Source of the DNA: a virus
Lineage: Duplodnaviria > Heunggongvirae > Uroviricota > Caudoviricetes
Virus record (IMG/VR): IMGVR_UViG_2541047816_000001
Direction: 5' to 3' (one strand)
DNA length: 38,662 bases
A model generated the notes under the pieces. The model saw only the letters and a program-made list of their open reading frames with translations. It was not told where the DNA came from and did no database searches. Below, piece by piece: positions 36,043 to 38,662 of this stretch; position 1 is the stretch's first letter; the number at the start of each line of letters is the position of its first letter. Made by a program: the position numbers and the translations under genes.

Positions 36043-37728
36043 TTATCCTAATCCTGGCCATACCATGACGATGATTGTCCCTGCCAGCGTCAGCAGGACG
36101 TTGGCGATTGCATAGGTGCCCGCATAGCCCAGCGCCGGGATGTTACTGCGAGCTGTATCACTGATGATCTCCATTGCCGGCGCGCAGGTGCGTGCGCCCA
36201 TCATTGCGCCGAATAACAGTGCGCGGTTCATTCGCAATACATAAGCACCGAACAAGAAACAGATAACCACTGGCACAAGACTGACAATCAATCCGGCAAT
36301 CAACATCTGACCGCCAATCGCGCCCAGGCCGTTATTAATACCGCTACCGGCGCTCAGACCAACGCCTGCCATAAACACCATTAAGCCGAACTCTTTCACC
36401 ATGCTTAATGCACCCTGCGGAATGTAACCGAAGGTCGGGTGGTTAGCGCGCATAAAGCCCAGCATAATTCCGGCGAATAACAACCCGGCAGCGTTCCCCA
36501 TGCCGAAACTGAATGTGCTGAACTGGAAGGTGATCATCCCGATCATCAGCCCAATAACAAAGAAGGCGCAGAATGCCAGCAAGTCAGTGACCTGGCTGTG
36601 AATCGAGATAAAGCCGATGCGATCGGCGATGGTTTTTACGCGACGGGCATCGCCGCTGACTTGTAAAACGTCACCTTTGTTAAGCACGACGTTGTCATCT
36701 ATCGGCATCTCAATCTGGCTACGAATGACGCGGTTAAGGAAGCAACCGTGATCGGTCAACTTCAGTTGTGCGAGACGTTTGCCCACGGCGTTATGGTTTT
36801 TAACGACCACTTCTTCAGTGACGATACGCATGTCGAGAAGGTCACGATCGAAAACTTCTTTGCCGTTACGGAAGCTGGGATCGAGTCGTGCGTGGGCGTC
36901 GGGATAGCCTACCAACGCTATTTCATCGCCCATTTGTAGCACAGCATCACCGTCTGGATTCGCCAGAATCCCGTTACGTCGAATACGTTCAATGTAGCAG
37001 CCAGTTTGTCGATAAATACCCAGTTCACGCAGATTTTTGCCGTCGGTCCAGGCCACCAGCTCCGGGCCGACGCGGTAGGCGCGGATCACCGGTAAATAAA
37101 CCTTACGGTTGGCATCAGTGTCCAGGCCACGTTCGCGGGCGATTTGCTGGGCGCTGGTCTGTAAGTCCTGATGCTGCAATTTCGGCAAGTAACGCGCACC
37201 AACAATCAAACTCACCAGACCGATTAAATAGGTTAAGGCATACCCGAGGCTCAGATTATCCAGTGCCAGTGAGAGTTGCCTGCTTTCCATGCCGGAATGA
37301 CGCAGTGTATCGCCAGCACCGACCAGAACCGGTGTCGACGTCATAGAGCCAGCTAACATACCGGCCGTCAGGCCAATATCCCAGCCAAACAGCTTACCTA
37401 ACCCTAAGGCGATCACCAGCGCACTGCCAACCATCACCAGTGCTAACATTAGGTAATTTTTCCCATCGCGAAAAAAAATGGAAAAAAAGTTCGGTCCGGC
37501 TTCGACCCCGACGCAGAAAATAAACAGCATAAAGCCAAGATTAAGCGCGTCGGTGTTAATGCTGAAATGTTGTTGGCCTAATAACAGCGATACGACTAAA
37601 ACGCCAATGGAATTACCCAGTTGGATCGAACCAAGTCGTAATTTCCCGAGACATAGCCCAAGCGCGAGGACCACAAATAATAACAGAATGTAATTCCCAT
37701 TTAACAATTCGGCGACGTTTATATTCAC
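36043..37728 (-). CDS. ybjL: Putative transport protein YbjL (two membrane domains flanking cytoplasmic regulatory domains)
   Basis: 561-aa ORF recognised as E. coli YbjL from sequence ([33 protein letters not shown]...); GC and codon usage typical of chromosome. Confidence 0.85.
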
Positions 37729-37997
37729 GGAGGCTAACTTCTTGTTTACTAGTAAGCTGTTGAAAGAAATGGTAATTTACGATAATGTTTTTTACCAGAA
37801 TTCAGGGCGCAGATTCATTCAGCGCACCTAAACGATAGTAAAGTAACAATATATTTTACTAGTGTAATCACATTAGGTATCAACGGCTATATGAATTGCG
37901 TTGGCCTATATTAGCATGGAATGCGAAGCGGCTTTATCTTACTGAACGCCACACTGGCGAAAAATGTGTTCGATAGACGCAGTGTCAGGAGGAACGA

Positions 37998-38375
37998 GTG
38001 AAACATAAACAACGTTGGGCGGGGGCAATCTGCTGTTTTGTCCTCTTCATTGTGGTGTGTCTTTTTCTGGCGACGCACATGAAAGGCGCTTTTCGGGCTG
38101 CCGGGCATCCTGAAATCGGTTTGCTATTTTTCATTCTTCCTGGTGCAGTTGCCAGCTTCTTTTCACATCGTAGAGAAGTCCTGAAACCTCTGTTTGGCGC
38201 AATGCTGGCGGCACCCTGTTCGATGCTCATTATGCGGCTGTTTTTTTCACCGACGCGCTCATTCTGGCAAGAGCTGGCATGGTTATTAAGTGCGGTGTTC
38301 TGGTGTGCGCTGGGGGCATTGTGTTTCTTATTTATCAGTAGTTTGTTTAAACCACAGCACAGAAAAAATCAATAA
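37998..38375 (+). CDS. ybjM: Inner membrane protein YbjM
   Basis: 125-aa hydrophobic protein; conserved neighbour between ybjL and grxA in E. coli. Confidence 0.75.
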   Translation: MKHKQRWAGAICCFVLFIVVCLFLATHMKGAFRAAGHPEIGLLFFILPGAVASFFSHRREVLKPLFGAMLAAPCSMLIMRLFFSPTRSFWQELAWLLSAVFWCALGALCFLFISSLFKPQHRKNQ

Positions 38376-38394
38376 AGCCCTCAACGCGAGGGCT
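38376..38394. terminator. Hairpin between convergent ybjM and grxA (possible bidirectional terminator)
   Basis: AGCCCTC-AACGC-GAGGGCT stem-loop right after the ybjM stop; flanking T-runs weak. Confidence 0.35.
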
Positions 38395-38404
38395 TGTCAG
38401 ACGG

Positions 38405-38662
38405 TCAGGCGTCCAGATTCTCTTTCGCCCATGCAGCAAAATCGGTATAGCCGCCGATATGTTGCTGATCGACAAAAATCTGCGGCACGGTTTCTACGGG
38501 TTTACCTGCCTTTTGTTGTAGATCTTCTTTAGTGATCCCTTCCGCACGAATATCTACATACTGATACTGGAAATCATCGCGTTCATTGCTCAATTTCTCA
38601 GCCAGATCTTTTGCACGCACACAGTAAGGGCAACCCGGACGACCAAAAATAACGGTTTGCAT
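38405..38662 (-). CDS. grxA: Glutaredoxin 1
   Basis: 85 aa with CPYC active site (MQTVIFGRPGCPYCVRAKDL...); start codon at the window edge. Confidence 0.9.
   Translation of the reverse strand: MQTVIFGRPGCPYCVRAKDLAEKLSNERDDFQYQYVDIRAEGITKEDLQQKAGKPVETVPQIFVDQQHIGGYTDFAAWAKENLDA

Noticed and set aside
1-38662. CRISPR arrays, rRNA or tRNA genes
   Set aside because: No regularly spaced direct repeats, and nothing resembling rRNA or tRNA gene structure was recognised on inspection; a tRNA scan could still reveal a small tRNA that I cannot see by eye.

Overview
The window is almost entirely a P2/186-family temperate myovirus prophage (about 1 to 35,880), followed by three chromosomal genes that I recognise as E. 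coli ybjL, ybjM and grxA. The prophage left boundary (attL) lies outside the window; integrase is at the left edge and ogr at the right. Gene order follows P2: int, a 186-type CI repressor, Apl/Cox-like and CII-like regulators, small early ORFs, Dam methylase, rolling-circle replication protein A, an accessory island, a cos-like site, then Q-P / O-N-M-L-X / lysis / R-S / V-W-J-I-H / invertible tail-fibre segment with a Hin/Gin-type invertase / FI-FII-E(E')-T-U-D / ogr. All calls rest on reading the six-frame translations, motifs and synteny by eye; no database search was run. Two accessory loci stand out. (1) Between gene A and cos, a tight operon encodes a DEDDh-type 3'-5' exonuclease, a truncated HipA-family kinase core, and a HipS-like N-domain fused to a HIRAN domain. 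This looks like a split-HipA kinase module placed in the classical P2 defence hotspot, and I propose it as a candidate abortive-infection system that senses DNA ends. (2) Immediately downstream of, and co-oriented with, the repressor is a very AT-rich two-gene cassette: a 342-aa soluble protein plus a 226-aa four-helix membrane protein. Its position and topology recall lambda cI-rexA-rexB, but I see no sequence homology. Other points of note: two LexA-box-like motifs, a repressor with a tandemly duplicated DNA-binding domain, 26-bp hix/gix-like crossover sites bounding a 1.9-kb invertible segment whose centre lacks the expected chaperone genes, TGT-N12-ACA Ogr boxes at three late promoter regions, and a conserved E/E' frameshift site. 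No CRISPR array, rRNA or tRNA gene was recognised.
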